Positions 63,080 to 64,000 of a DNA stretch of 64,000 nucleotides are shown in pieces. Under the pieces are notes generated by a model. That model was not told where the DNA came from. It made no database searches and saw only the letters and a list, made by a program, of their open reading frames with translations. The translations under genes were made by a program, and so were the position numbers. Numbering within the stretch: position 1 is the first letter of the stretch; each line of letters starts with the position of its first letter. Source of the DNA: Octopus sinensis. Taxonomy: Eukaryota. The stretch lies in contig NC_042999.1 of the NCBI RefSeq assembly GCF_006345805.1, forward strand, positions 73,842,001 to 73,906,000, read 5' to 3'.

Positions 63080-64000
63080 ATTTAAGGTTACAGCCTTGTT
63101 CTATGTATTTCTTTGTATCATGTTCCTGTCAAATGATATTGCAGCCTTCTGAGTAGAGTCATATTTAGATGGCTCCACAACCCTGATTCAAACCACCATC
63201 TAAAATGGTGACCCAATGCAGCACACATCACAATTTCTTCTAAAGTGGTGAATCCCAGACGAATTCTGACCAGTGGATACGTATTCCTTTTTCTCCTTCT
63301 TGACTTCATCTATTCGACCAGACCGCCATTCCTCATATAGGAACATACCACTGATATCTCTCGTCTCCATATTGTCTACTTCATCACAAAAGTTTGGCGT
63401 CATTTTCAAGCAGGAAACTGCACATCATTTTTCCTTGTGCTGTAATTGAATATACAACTTGGTCCTTCGAAGACACAGCATCCCAGGAGAATTTCTTCTT
63501 GCGTGTAAAAAAAAAAATTCATCTGGAATTTTCTCCAGAATTCACATGGATAACAACTTTTCCTATATGAGTTTCTTTCTCTCAATCCCACCTGGATTAT
63601 CCACATGTTGGATATGTTTTCTTCTTCATCTGTTGGCAAGGACTTCTCCTATTTCATCCTCTCCTACTGAAAAATAAGAAAATCCTAGTTTGATGCTCGT
63701 CGTATCTTCTTTCAACTAGAGTGTTTGACTGCTATTTCTAATGGCATTTCTTTCAACAAGCTTGTTCTTTGTGGCATTCTGTTTCCTATTATCATCAAGA
63801 TGAGTCCTTTTTCTTTGTCTCAATGTGCTTCTTCATCCTCCTCTTGAGCTTGTACTTCTGCTCCAGACGATACGCAATCCTCCGAAATCATGCAGGCCAT
63901 TGGAGAACTGACCCATCAAGTCACACACTTGTGCAGGGACCGTTCTTTTTCATGGAATCATTCTGCAAGTAGAATCGGACGTCATCCTTTCTTGCACAGA
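63080..64000 (-). pseudogene. Unassigned decayed coding-like sequence running off the window end
   Basis: Protein-like frames broken by stops (e.g. CARKDDVRFYLQNDSMKKNGPCTSV*LDGSVLQWPA*FRRIAYRLEQKYKLKRR); no motif recognised. Confidence 0.35.

Overview
This is AT-rich eukaryotic (animal) genomic DNA dominated by repeats. The SINE types, RTE-LINE tails ending in (GAT)n and dense (AT)n/(CA)n/(TACA)n microsatellites resemble an octopus/coleoid cephalopod genome; that assignment is inferred from pattern recognition and was not checked by a search. The only clearly intact host gene is a single-exon histone H1 (49109-49681, +) with a TATA box and a histone 3' stem-loop, and no core histone gene is visible in the window. 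Nearly everything else is decayed mobile DNA: two RTE-type LINE families, CR1/L2-like, L1/Tx1-like, Penelope-like and Gypsy fragments, a mariner, a probable DD37D-like fragment, a long-spacer (about DD82E, Sailor-like) IS630/Tc1/mariner transposase relic, MITE/foldback elements and at least four tRNA-headed SINE families. I found no CRISPR array, rRNA, true tRNA gene or prokaryote-type system, and nothing I can call a proven new system. The best leads are: (1) a 59-bp, 58/59-identical inverted copy of the H1 coding sequence 1.57 kb upstream of H1; (2) degenerate hammerhead-ribozyme folds beside Penelope remnants; (3) a 428-bp palindrome and a nested foldback complex just downstream of H1; (4) an intact triple-C2H2 ORF that looks like a LINE C-terminus; (5) a hierarchical tandem array grown inside a LINE 3' UTR; (6) the Sailor-like transposase. 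Boundaries of decayed elements are by-eye estimates and may be off by tens of bases.
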